Origin: a virus
DNA: 64,000 bases
Direction: 5' to 3' (one strand)
Virus record (IMG/VR): IMGVR_UViG_3300009702_000025
Span: 1,580 to 65,579 of that record
Positions 20,300 through 29,415 of this stretch are shown piece by piece (the stretch's first letter is position 1; every line of letters begins with the position of its first letter). A program made the translations under genes and the position numbers. Under the pieces are notes generated by a model. That model worked only from the letters and a program-made list of their open reading frames with translations. It made no database searches and was not told the origin of the DNA.

Positions 20300-20730
20300 A
20301 CTGAACGTGGAAGCAACAACTTACCACCACAAAAGCCGCCTTTGCTCTACGGCCTGCTACCCGCAACGGCCTAGATCGCAAAGCAGATGTTGCCTCACGA
20401 ACCAGCCGTCAGACGCCCTCTGATACGGCACATTGAGAGACCCGGTAGGAAGCCGCAGCCCACCGGGTCTTTCTTTTGGCTGGACATATTCCCCATTCCC
20501 CGCTATAGGCCACATCACCACACCCGATGCATACGCGAGCCTCCAAGGCAAACGCGTGTGGACGTTAACCTTCAACCCCAAGCGCACATACAGAGCGTTT
20601 GGCTACCGTGCCCGGTTAAAATGGCCCTGCTCTTCGAAAAATAGCCTTTTTCGGAGCGTATAAGTACGTCTACCCCACACCCGATGCACCACGTCCTCCA
20701 AGGCCGAGTAGGGCGGTAGCGAACCCAATA
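20300..20730 (-). ncRNA. Candidate structured ncRNA or long leader upstream of terL
   Basis: At least six stem-loops; G-U pairs favour the minus strand; two hairpins share GCCUUGGAGG and UGCAUCGGGUGUGG with different stems; no convincing CDS. Confidence 0.5.
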
Positions 20731-20741
20731 CTATGTGAGCC

Positions 20742-20954
20742 ATGTCGGAATTACATTGGGGAGAACCAGAACATCCCAGCAAAATAGCCTTCTTAATAGA
20801 CGGTTATCACTACAAGTGTACTGACGATACTGAATATCGGTTCATCCGTTATCCTGAGCCTCAATGGCAAGAACGGAGAATAAGGGCAATGTACGGTTTC
20901 TCTATATTTCATCGCTTTTCTGGGTACATGAAACTAGGTAAAGTTGAAAAGTAA
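20742..20954 (+). CDS. Hypothetical protein (70 aa)
   Basis: ORF track; plausible composition, weak RBS. Confidence 0.4.
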   Translation: MSELHWGEPEHPSKIAFLIDGYHYKCTDDTEYRFIRYPEPQWQERRIRAMYGFSIFHRFSGYMKLGKVEK

Positions 20955-20981
20955 TTCGTCATTTTGAATTATGACTAAATG

Positions 20982-21010
20982 TTGACACTCTGGTTTAACT
21001 CTGCCACTAT
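20982..21010 (+). promoter_or_regulatory. Sigma70-like promoter for nrdJ
   Basis: TTGACA-17 nt-CACTAT(ATAT). Confidence 0.45.
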
Positions 21011-21102
21011 ATATGCTTCTGCGGACTGCGGCAAAGTCCATAAGAAAAATGACAGAAACTGAACATCCTGCTCACTAGTAATGGGCGGGAACAACTATTC
21101 CT

Positions 21103-24100
21103 ATGGGTGTAGGCATGAAAGTAGACCGTCTATTCACGATGAACTTAGATGGATCAAAAGGACAAAGCCACGATCCGTTCTCCTTATTCAGATGGAAAGA
21201 AGTAGCCGTCCTAATCAAGGATGCACAAGGGAACATACTCTGTGATATACCAAATCTCGAAGTACCAGAACATTGGTCGCAACAAGCGGCAGAAATACTT
21301 GGACACAAATATCTCCGCAAGTCAGGCGTTCACTCTGGTTACGAGAAAAAAGATGAGCCCCATGTTCCAAAGTGGCTCCAACGGGTAAAACCCGGTACTG
21401 CTACTGAAGAATTACCGGGTAGCGAAACATCCTTCCGACAAGTTGCTCACCGCATTGCAAGCCATTGGACTTACGCAGGCTGGAACCGTGGATACTTCGG
21501 TCCAACAACTACTCTTCAAGATGGTGTAGCCGGACAGGAACCTGAAGATTTCGAAACGAGGACAATTATTACTCCTGCTTCGGAAGAAAATGCGAGAGCT
21601 TTCTATGACGAGATCGTCTATATGCTCTGCGCACAAATGGTAGCTCCGAACTCTCCACAGTTCTTCAATACTGGCTTGTGGTGGGCATACGGTACTCGTG
21701 GCGAAACGATCAACTGGATCGCAAACCTCAACCAAGACGTAGACAAGTCTGATTTGCGTGTTCCGTCCGAACAGCTTGGTATAGACAATGCCTACGAATA
21801 CCCACAAACGTCAGCCTGTTTTATCTCCTCCATCGAAGATACTCTGATCGGCAAGAACGGCATTATGGATGCCTTAACTCGCGAAGCTACGATCTTCAAG
21901 TACGGCAGTGGTAGCGGGATCAACTACTCCACGCTACGCGCCAAGGGTGCAAGCCTCTCTAGTGGGGGTAAGTCTTCTGGCATGATGTCCTTCCTCAAAG
22001 TGTTCGATGCGAACGCTGGTGCAATAAAGAGTGGTGGTACTACTAGACGTGCTGCCCGTATGGTAACTGTAAATGCGGATCATCCAGAAGCACTAGACTT
22101 CGTGAAGTGGAAACACCGAGAAGAACTCAAAGTCGCTGCTATGGAGATAGGTGCTTCCTTTATGGAAGAAGGAGCTGTTGACGCAGGAGAACATGATGAT
22201 GCTGACTTACTTTCTACATTGAATGGTGACTATGAAAGCGAAGCCTACGAAACGGTAAGTGGTCAGAACTCCAACAACTCCCTCCGTGTGACTGACGAGT
22301 ATATGGAAACTCTTTCCGAAGACTTAGAAGACGACAAGTTTCATATGTCTTCTACTCCTAGTGGAGTACCAATGGAGCCTTCTGAAGATATCATTAGTGA
22401 GCACAATCTTGTAGAAAGGAACCAAGAACTCTGGGATGCACTTACTAAGTGTGCTTGGAGTTGTGGTGATCCGGGTATTCAGTTCCACGATACTGCCAAT
22501 AAGTGGCATACGGTCCCAAAAGTAGATGCTATAAATGCTTCTAATCCATGTTCAGAGTTCATGTTTTTGGATAATTCGGCGTGTAATTTAGCGTCTATTA
22601 ACCTAATTGCCTTCTACAAAGAGGGTAGTTCGCAGTTCGATGCCATGGGTTTCATGCATGTTGTGGACCTATTCATACGAGTTCTGGACATAACAGTAGG
22701 TATGTCGAGCTATCCAGACCGAGTTGTAGCCGAGAACTCTGTTAAATACCGTCCATTGGGCCTTGGTTACGCCAATCTAGGCGGACTTCTCATGGCAATG
22801 GGCGTTCCGTATGGTTCAAAAGAGGGATTACGGGTCGCAGCAGCGGTCACAAGCCTTATGCAAGCCCAATCCTTCCATACTTCGGCTGAGATGGCTCGTA
22901 AGATCGGACCTTTCCACGACTATTCCACTCATCACGATGATGTAAAGCGAGTTATAGCACTACATAGAGACGGATGCGATCATCTTGAGTACGCCGATAT
23001 TGTTGACCCTGTGGATAATGACCCTATTGGTCGTGTGCTTGAAGAACAAGAAGTATTGTGGAACACACTTGATATATCGGATGGTATACGTAATGCCCAA
23101 CTTACCTTGTTAGCCCCGACTGGTACTATCTCATTTATTATGGACTGTGCTACCACCGGGATTGAACCTGAGTTCTCTCTTATCAAAATGAAGAAACTGG
23201 CTGGTGGTGGGACCATGAAGATGGTCAACCCAATGATAGCTCGCGGTCTTGATGCTTTGGGCTACGATCAATCAGAGATCAATAGCATTCTTGAGTTCAT
23301 CGAAGAACACGGTGTAGTTCCTGTTGAAGACTTAGAGCACCCGTCTCATGCCGAAGTATTCGATTGTGCCAATGACATTCCATGGCAACAGCACATAGCC
23401 ATGATGGCATATGTTCAACCGTTCCTCTCTGGTGCTATCTCCAAGACAGTGAATATGCCTGCTAATGCGACCAGAAAGGATGTCGCACAGTCTTACGTCA
23501 TGGCATGGAAGCTCGGTCTGAAGGCACTGGCGATCTATCGAGATGGCTGCAAAGACTCTCAGCCCCTCACGGCCTTGAAGAAAGACAAGGACACGACCGG
23601 GAGCGGTACAGGCGGTAATGGCTCAGATGAGAACCGCGAGAATACGGGCACGCCACACGATCAGGAGCGTATCCCCGAGCCTGTTATGGAAGCTCCGGCT
23701 CCACAGCCCATGCCTAATCCGGAACCGGAACGTCAGCCTGAGCCGGAACCTGTTGCGGTTCCAGCGGTTGATCCAGCGGTGTCTGAACACATCGATCCAG
23801 TGACCGGAAAGTTCGAACCTCCAAAGGATGAGAACGGGAAGAGGAGTGGACTTCGAAAAACTGGCTACATCCGGTGTGATGCAGAAGGTAATCCTTTGAA
23901 AGCAGGAAGCCGTTACAAGCTACCTGCTAGACGTGCTGGCTTCACTCAGAAGGTCAGGGTCGGCGGCTACAACATGTACTTGCGGACTGGCGAGTACGAA
24001 GACGGTTCCGTCGGGGAAGTCTTCATCACCATTGGTAAAGAAGGTTCCATGATGAAGCACGTCGTTGACGCCCTCGCTATCGCGATGTCTCTCGGCTTGC

Positions 24101-24624
24101 AATACGGTGTTCCATTGGATGAGTACGTTGAAGCCTTCGTAGATAGCAGATCGGAACCCAGTGGCTTTGTGTCGGGAAGTGAGAATGTACGTATGTGCTC
24201 CTCGCTTCTTGACTACATCGTCAAGGAACTCGACGCGACTTATGGACATGGACAATTCCTTTCTAAGAAGGACGGGGTTGAACCAACTGTTTATGTCGAT
24301 CACGCTGGTCCCGGTGGAGATACTACTGTCTATCATACCGTGAGCCCAAGTGCACGCCTTGAGCTTCCTAAGAAGGCCAATGAAAGTAAGTTGCCCGTAC
24401 TTAACCCATCCAAGACGAATAATGCAAATGGTTCTGATGGTACGCACATAACAAGTACTGGACTTGTTGCTAATGTACGACACATGACTGCTAATGGGAA
24501 AGGGCATGTTACGAAAATTGCTTATAGCGGAAGTCCGTGTCCGTCGTGCTTTGATTTCACACTACGGCGCAACGGAAGTTGTTTCGTATGTGATAACTGC
24601 GGATCAACAACTGGATGTAGTTGA
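21103..24624 (+). CDS. nrdJ: Class II (adenosylcobalamin-dependent) ribonucleotide reductase with TSCPD domain and C-terminal Zn ribbon
   Basis: APNSPQFFNTG, SACFI, GGTTRRAARM, NPCSEF catalytic loop, IAPTGT-like LAPTGTIS, SGAISKTVN, CPSC..CDNCGSTTGCS C-terminus. Confidence 0.95.
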   Translation: MGVGMKVDRLFTMNLDGSKGQSHDPFSLFRWKEVAVLIKDAQGNILCDIPNLEVPEHWSQQAAEILGHKYLRKSGVHSGYEKKDEPHVPKWLQRVKPGTATEELPGSETSFRQVAHRIASHWTYAGWNRGYFGPTTTLQDGVAGQEPEDFETRTIITPASEENARAFYDEIVYMLCAQMVAPNSPQFFNTGLWWAYGTRGETINWIANLNQDVDKSDLRVPSEQLGIDNAYEYPQTSACFISSIEDTLIGKNGIMDALTREATIFKYGSGSGINYSTLRAKGASLSSGGKSSGMMSFLKVFDANAGAIKSGGTTRRAARMVTVNADHPEALDFVKWKHREELKVAAMEIGASFMEEGAVDAGEHDDADLLSTLNGDYESEAYETVSGQNSNNSLRVTDEYMETLSEDLEDDKFHMSSTPSGVPMEPSEDIISEHNLVERNQELWDALTKCAWSCGDPGIQFHDTANKWHTVPKVDAINASNPCSEFMFLDNSACNLASINLIAFYKEGSSQFDAMGFMHVVDLFIRVLDITVGMSSYPDRVVAENSVKYRPLGLGYANLGGLLMAMGVPYGSKEGLRVAAAVTSLMQAQSFHTSAEMARKIGPFHDYSTHHDDVKRVIALHRDGCDHLEYADIVDPVDNDPIGRVLEEQEVLWNTLDISDGIRNAQLTLLAPTGTISFIMDCATTGIEPEFSLIKMKKLAGGGTMKMVNPMIARGLDALGYDQSEINSILEFIEEHGVVPVEDLEHPSHAEVFDCANDIPWQQHIAMMAYVQPFLSGAISKTVNMPANATRKDVAQSYVMAWKLGLKALAIYRDGCKDSQPLTALKKDKDTTGSGTGGNGSDENRENTGTPHDQERIPEPVMEAPAPQPMPNPEPERQPEPEPVAVPAVDPAVSEHIDPVTGKFEPPKDENGKRSGLRKTGYIRCDAEGNPLKAGSRYKLPARRAGFTQKVRVGGYNMYLRTGEYEDGSVGEVFITIGKEGSMMKHVVDALAIAMSLGLQYGVPLDEYVEAFVDSRSEPSGFVSGSENVRMCSSLLDYIVKELDATYGHGQFLSKKDGVEPTVYVDHAGPGGDTTVYHTVSPSARLELPKKANESKLPVLNPSKTNNANGSDGTHITSTGLVANVRHMTANGKGHVTKIAYSGSPCPSCFDFTLRRNGSCFVCDNCGSTTGCS

Positions 24625-24662
24625 GAGGATTACTAAACTTCTTTAGTGAAGGTGGTAAACTG

Positions 24663-24703
24663 GGACCTGATACACTTAGGTGTTGATGGTCCTTTTTTTT
24701 TTT
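24663..24703 (+). terminator. Rho-independent terminator after nrdJ
   Basis: GGACC..ACAC-TTAG-GTGT..GGTCC hairpin followed by T11. Confidence 0.8.
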
Positions 24704-24716
24704 CTAGCTATCACGC

Positions 24717-25070
24717 TCATAGCTGTGCTGAACTTTCGACGAATAATTGGTAAACAAGACAGTCCGTAATAGACATAAAATCTTCATTCATACGTCGCAA
24801 TTCCTCAACCTTACCCACATTACGTATTACGGTAGCACGCCACCGTTTGAACGTATCGGCCACACGATCCCACGTCCAATTCATCTTCTCCCGTGCGATC
24901 CACATAGCAACGTGGCGTGGCATAGAGCGATGATTGGTTCTGAGCTCATTGATGAAATAATCCTCTCCGACGCGGTAGTAATCGCCTACAACCTCAAGGA
25001 GATCGGTTAAGTCTGGCAGAGTACTCTCTGACATTGTTGTTATCTCTGCGCTAGTAGCCATGTGTGTCAT
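24717..25070 (-). CDS. Stand-alone DnaA C-terminal (domain IV) helix-turn-helix-like protein
   Basis: RSMPRHVAMWIAREKMNWTWDRVADTFKRWRATVIRNVGKVEELR matches the Bac_DnaA_C pattern (R..PRQ.AMY..R......I...F.RDH.TV..A..K.E). Confidence 0.7.
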   Translation of the reverse strand: MTHMATSAEITTMSESTLPDLTDLLEVVGDYYRVGEDYFINELRTNHRSMPRHVAMWIAREKMNWTWDRVADTFKRWRATVIRNVGKVEELRRMNEDFMSITDCLVYQLFVESSAQL

Positions 25071-25157
25071 ATCTTGGTTTTACCTTTTCTCCCCCTCCTC
25101 CATCCTTACTCATTTTTGTTTTTGATTGCCTGATTACGTCTTAACATCTTCAGGTAA

Positions 25158-25391
25158 TCACATAGTGATTGGTACTGCGATAGTTGGGATGTGCGGGAAT
25201 GTTCTATTCTGCATTTTATCAGCGTCGTCTTTAGAAGCGAAGCTAATGAATAGGCTTGTGTTCTGTTCTTCCGCCCAAGAAGATAACAAGTCTGCTTGCC
25301 CACCAATGTAGTAGAGCGGATTAGGATGATCCATACGTTTTAAGTAGAAACCTATTACAACGTAGTCTGCTGTTTTTGCAATGTCAGTCAT
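25158..25391 (-). CDS. Hypothetical protein (77 aa)
   Basis: ORF track; AAGGG upstream. Confidence 0.55.
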   Translation of the reverse strand: MTDIAKTADYVVIGFYLKRMDHPNPLYYIGGQADLLSSWAEEQNTSLFISFASKDDADKMQNRTFPHIPTIAVPITM

Positions 25392-25474
25392 GGTGTGAGC
25401 CCTTTTGTACGAATTAGTAGTGGGTTTCGGGTTGTAAGTTGTGGGTTGCGTGTGTGAGTTTCTGTAGTCAGTCG

Positions 25475-26419
25475 CTAGTCGTCGTGATTAGCATGATTAG
25501 CTGCTTGAGCTTTCTCATTGACAGTCATTAATACAGCCAATGCGGCTTCTTGAAGTTCGGCGGCCTTTTCGGGATCACTCGCTATAGCGGCTTCTACCTT
25601 CTTACGCATCTCTCCTGCTTTAGAAGTTTCTCCTTCAGAACCATCGTGCATCTTGACCGCTTCCTGCATGGAACGGTTGATAGAGGCGTGTTCTGGGATG
25701 GCTAGCTCATCTCCGAAGGTGCGTGGTCCCTTGGCTGGCAAACGCAGTGCGATACGCTGCATTTCAACCATGTCTGCGACTGCTTCGATAAGGTGTTTGG
25801 CTGTCATGCCCTCAAAGGGACGGTTATTCTGATTTTCGGTTGTGCGAGTTGTAAGTTCCGCGCCCAACAGGTTTAAGACCTTAGTTGAGAACTGGAAGTG
25901 AGTGTCCTCTGCCATCAAGACCCGTTGGTCACGTAGCTTCGCGGCTGCTACTGGGCGCAATAGATCATAGGCACGAGCACGTTCATCCCAATAGTAGAGG
26001 ATATAGGCTTCATGCATAGTAGTGGACGACATAGCGGGTAGTTGATTGCCAAGTTCATACGGACTGCGAATAGGCATATTGAGGTAAGCCGAGAAAGCGC
26101 TATAGAAGCTCTCAGGCTCATGAGGTAAGCGTTCCCATACTGGTACGTTGAAATTGAAGCTCAAGTAACCCTCAAGTAGTGATAGGGGTATCTTAGCTAC
26201 TTCAATTAGTTCTAGCTGTTTGGTTTCTGGCCTCTTGAGGATATCAGTCGGTAAGTGACTGTGATCCAGCAAGTAGGTCGGGAACCCGTTTCTGTCGCGT
26301 GGTATGCGCGCCGATAGGCTCTCGAACGTTTTCAAGAGTTCTTCTTGGGACGCGCTTAGTGCTGGAAGAGTCCCAGTTGGCTCTTTTGGCTCTTGGTCAT
26401 ATGCCGTGTGTTCATCCAT
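25475..26419 (-). CDS. Putative terminase small subunit-like protein
   Basis: WERLPHEPESFYSAFSAY...RS...WDERARAYD resembles a motif in phage TerS-like proteins; helical C-terminus. Confidence 0.5.
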   Translation of the reverse strand: MDEHTAYDQEPKEPTGTLPALSASQEELLKTFESLSARIPRDRNGFPTYLLDHSHLPTDILKRPETKQLELIEVAKIPLSLLEGYLSFNFNVPVWERLPHEPESFYSAFSAYLNMPIRSPYELGNQLPAMSSTTMHEAYILYYWDERARAYDLLRPVAAAKLRDQRVLMAEDTHFQFSTKVLNLLGAELTTRTTENQNNRPFEGMTAKHLIEAVADMVEMQRIALRLPAKGPRTFGDELAIPEHASINRSMQEAVKMHDGSEGETSKAGEMRKKVEAAIASDPEKAAELQEAALAVLMTVNEKAQAANHANHDD

Positions 26420-26705
26420 GTATGTAGATATACACGTCTTTGTGGCAACTTTCTATATAACACAAAAGTCTAACCATTAGTCTTCTAAATCTCGAAATTT
26501 CTGGGAACAACTAGTAACACAAAAGTCTGATTATTAAGTAGTTTCATTTCAGAATTTCTGTGAGTTCCTGAGTACTAGTCCGCAACCGCAGGTTGATCTG
26601 CCGCCGAAAATTACTACTTTTTGGAGCATTTTCAAAGCCATTTTTGTAGGTATGAAGAACGCGAGCGCGCGACTAGCACATAGAGGCAGGCAAGTCTAGC
26701 ACTCA

Positions 26706-26727
26706 AACATTACAAATTTGTAATGTT
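26706..26727. promoter_or_regulatory. Perfect 22-bp palindrome (operator candidate)
   Basis: AACATTACAAA|TTTGTAATGTT, 17 bp upstream of an early promoter. Confidence 0.55.
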
Positions 26728-26744
26728 AAAGATGTCGATTTATG

Positions 26745-26773
26745 TTGCAACACGCATCTAACTATGGCATTGT
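26745..26773 (+). promoter_or_regulatory. Early promoter
   Basis: TTGCAA-17-CATTGT followed by CTACTCATCGGAA. Confidence 0.5.
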
Positions 26774-26839
26774 CTACTCATCGGAAGGGCGAACGCAACC
26801 TGCTAAACAGAAGCAAACAACTTTAAGGGAAGCAAGATC

Positions 26840-27115
26840 ATGACCGACGTATTTAAGACTATCACGGCAACAGTTATAATCCTAGTTATGGGGGCACTTT
26901 CCGCAAGTGCAGCCAATTACAAATTCGAAGCCATTGGACAAGATGGTAAGCCCGTTGCTACCACGCAAAACTGTTCGAGCAATTGGGCTCGCACTAACGG
27001 CGCGGCACGGCGCTTCGAGAAAGCTAACCCTGGCGCGTTCACCAAGCTTGTAAAGCTCAAAGTCAATGCTACTTGTGACACTGCTAAGACTATTGCCAAG
27101 AAAGCCAAGCAGTAA
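26840..27115 (+). CDS. Small secreted hypothetical protein
   Basis: Signal peptide ending ASAA; two Cys; AGGGAAG RBS. Confidence 0.7.
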   Translation: MTDVFKTITATVIILVMGALSASAANYKFEAIGQDGKPVATTQNCSSNWARTNGAARRFEKANPGAFTKLVKLKVNATCDTAKTIAKKAKQ

Positions 27116-27125
27116 GTTTAGAGTA

Positions 27126-27166
27126 AGGGCTGGCAAGTGAAAAGTATAAGTGACTTGCCAGTTCCT
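27126..27166 (+). terminator. Hairpin/terminator candidate
   Basis: AGGGCTGGCAAGT...ACTTGCCAGTTCCT. Confidence 0.5.
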
Positions 27167-27388
27167 TCTAACCTTCACTCGCGCGCGTGCTAGTGCGAGC
27201 CTATCAGAAAGTAGGCTGTTGCAGTAGCTACTAAGTTAAGCCGCACACAGACTTAGCATTAAGGCAAGCTCGCTCTGCGCTGCCGACTAGTCGATTTGCA
27301 CTAGCTTAGTAGCTTCTACAATAACTTACTACTACTACTAGCATAGCTCTACTGTAGGGGTAGGGTGCAGAACAAAGGGGAAGTAGAA

Positions 27389-27652
27389 ATGTATATAGTA
27401 ACAGGCATTAGCATTGAGACTGGCAAACGTGAAGTACTCAGCGAGCACCAAACTAGCGCATCAACTGACAATTGGTTTAATAAGGTAGCACGCTATTGCA
27501 ATAGCCATTACTTGTTCACTGTTGTGAATACCGAATTTAAGTCTGAGAATGTCCGCCCAGTAGCTAGGGCTGGTGCGATTAATCGGATATTCAACCACGA
27601 AAGCCCTATAGCTCTAACTGCTATCGACAAAGCGCCAGAACACTTGTTCTGA
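27389..27652 (+). CDS. Hypothetical protein
   Basis: AGGGGAAG RBS before ATG 27389. Confidence 0.65.
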   Translation: MYIVTGISIETGKREVLSEHQTSASTDNWFNKVARYCNSHYLFTVVNTEFKSENVRPVARAGAINRIFNHESPIALTAIDKAPEHLF

Positions 27653-27697
27653 GGCAGCACTTGCACGCGCCCGCGCGCACTCTAAAGGGGAAGCGAT

Positions 27698-27982
27698 ATG
27701 CATACTTACAACGTGGAATACACTAATACATTTGCAGGCGAAGCTAACTGCACATGGGTAAAACTGGAAACCGTCACCATGCCAGAACTAACCCATTACG
27801 GCTATGACGGCGGCACAAGTTACTGCAAAGCTAACAAGGTATTCGAACGGGAGCTCATGAAAAGGGCAAAGGCGGCCATAGGACTAACTAACGTTCGAGG
27901 CGTTAAATCAAACTACGGCGACACTATAGAGTTTAGGCCGTACAATTCCACAACAGTCATGTTCATAACTTACCGCAACTAA
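27698..27982 (+). CDS. Hypothetical protein (94 aa)
   Basis: AGGGGAAG RBS; ORF track. Confidence 0.7.
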   Translation: MHTYNVEYTNTFAGEANCTWVKLETVTMPELTHYGYDGGTSYCKANKVFERELMKRAKAAIGLTNVRGVKSNYGDTIEFRPYNSTTVMFITYRN

Positions 27983-28002
27983 TAAGAATTAGGGGAAGCA
28001 AT

Positions 28003-28257
28003 ATGCATATCACTGGCGGAATGACTATAAACACGCGAACTATTGCAGGCATACGGGTTTCACTATGCCAAGAATACGAAAGCGGCGACTATCGCTTTCA
28101 AGCGACTTTACTTGCAACTGGCGAAATAGAACAATCCGGCATGGTCTCACTACGCGACAAACGCGCGTGCCAATACGCGAACAATGATGAATTTTTCGAT
28201 ATAGCAGCCGATGCCTTCGACATTATCTCATTAGGAGATTTGTTCCAATGTGGCTAA
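28003..28257 (+). CDS. Hypothetical protein (84 aa)
   Basis: AGGGGAAG RBS; ORF track. Confidence 0.65.
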   Translation: MHITGGMTINTRTIAGIRVSLCQEYESGDYRFQATLLATGEIEQSGMVSLRDKRACQYANNDEFFDIAADAFDIISLGDLFQCG

Positions 28258-28940
28258 CCAAGCTAGGGCTATTCGCTTCTGTTAGCGGCCTTGCCATAGC
28301 GAGCGGATTGAATAACTGGAACTATGCCAGCAGCGCAGGCAACATAGGGGGCTTGATTGCGATTAGCGCCGATGCGTTCAAGTTCTTTGCACCACAACAG
28401 ATTGCAAACCTAATCAACCAAGATCGGTGGATTAGCGCCTTTGCAACCATAGCGGTTTGGGCTTGTGCTGTATCATTCTCACTAGTCGCCGCAATCAGCG
28501 CCAGCAGCCATCAAAGGGCAAAACTTGAGGCTAAGCAACCGATCATACAGCTAGGCCAAACGGCTAACGCCCAAAGGCGTGCAATACGGCTCGCCATGGC
28601 CAAGATCGAAGCTATAAAGGGCATACGATCAAACAACAGTGTTTGCGGCTTTGACGGCCAATCGATAAACCCCAACGGCAAAACAACGCGCAAGTTTTGC
28701 CCAAAATGGCTAACGCTACGCCAAGAATTGAAAGCCATACCTGAGGACAAGCCAAAAACGGCTAAGCTATCAGGGAAAACCGTTGAGGCTAACGCTATAG
28801 CTGACTTCGCAAAATTGGTAGGCATCAAAAACCTAACGCCACAAATAGCAACCTTGCTTATGGTCTATCTTTGGGTAGCCATGGTTGAATTCGGGTCAAG
28901 TCTAGGCGGCTTGGCCATCCAAACTAGAAAGGATAAGTAA
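28248..28940 (+). CDS. Multi-pass membrane protein (230 aa)
   Basis: Three N-terminal hydrophobic segments, a Cys-containing coiled loop and a C-terminal hydrophobic segment. Confidence 0.7.
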   Translation: MWLTKLGLFASVSGLAIASGLNNWNYASSAGNIGGLIAISADAFKFFAPQQIANLINQDRWISAFATIAVWACAVSFSLVAAISASSHQRAKLEAKQPIIQLGQTANAQRRAIRLAMAKIEAIKGIRSNNSVCGFDGQSINPNGKTTRKFCPKWLTLRQELKAIPEDKPKTAKLSGKTVEANAIADFAKLVGIKNLTPQIATLLMVYLWVAMVEFGSSLGGLAIQTRKDK

Positions 28941-28942
28941 TT

Positions 28943-29185
28943 ATGAAAATCAAGGTATCGGCATTCGACCGACATGGTTGTGAACTTTGGTCTAATGATT
29001 ATGGGCAAGGCGACTATGGCGATTGGAAAAGCGTTCAAGAATTTAGGTGTTCGGGCGAGTATCATTCACTAACCGCTGGAACACAAGCCAAAGGGCGGGT
29101 AACAATCTATCGAGTATATAAACACGTACCTAACAAGATATTTCCCGAAATTGTAGAAGATATCTATGTGGGGAACAACGCATGA
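28943..29185 (+). CDS. Hypothetical protein (80 aa)
   Basis: Coupled to the previous gene; ORF track. Confidence 0.65.
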   Translation: MKIKVSAFDRHGCELWSNDYGQGDYGDWKSVQEFRCSGEYHSLTAGTQAKGRVTIYRVYKHVPNKIFPEIVEDIYVGNNA

Positions 29186-29415
29186 ACAAACTTTATGCCA
29201 AAATGGCAGTGGATGGGCAATGGCAGTACGCTATAACTCGCCGTTCACACAATCGAGCGGTTAGCCAACTTGCTAGCTGGCATGGTGCAATCGAGACGGA
29301 AATTAAAGCCAACCCAAACGGCTCTATCACTTACCAAGTTCGCGAAATACCTTGGCAGGGTATAGGGCAACCAAAACAAGTCGCTAACGGCACTTTGAAA
29401 GGTGCAGACCAATGA
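29182..29415 (+). CDS. Hypothetical protein (77 aa)
   Basis: ATGA overlap; ORF track. Confidence 0.65.
   Translation: MNKLYAKMAVDGQWQYAITRRSHNRAVSQLASWHGAIETEIKANPNGSITYQVREIPWQGIGQPKQVANGTLKGADQ

Noticed and set aside
20357-20663. Short ORFs across the structured region (20357-20587 minus; 20387-20644 and 20433-20663 plus)
   Set aside because: No RBS, atypical composition, mutually overlapping; the hairpin pattern explains the sequence better, but coding is not formally excluded
20518-20704. CRISPR mini-array interpretation of the two repeats
   Set aside because: Only two copies, each interrupted by a variable centre, 157 bp apart, and no cas operon; the Cas4-like gene sits in a standard exonuclease-Sak4-SSB module
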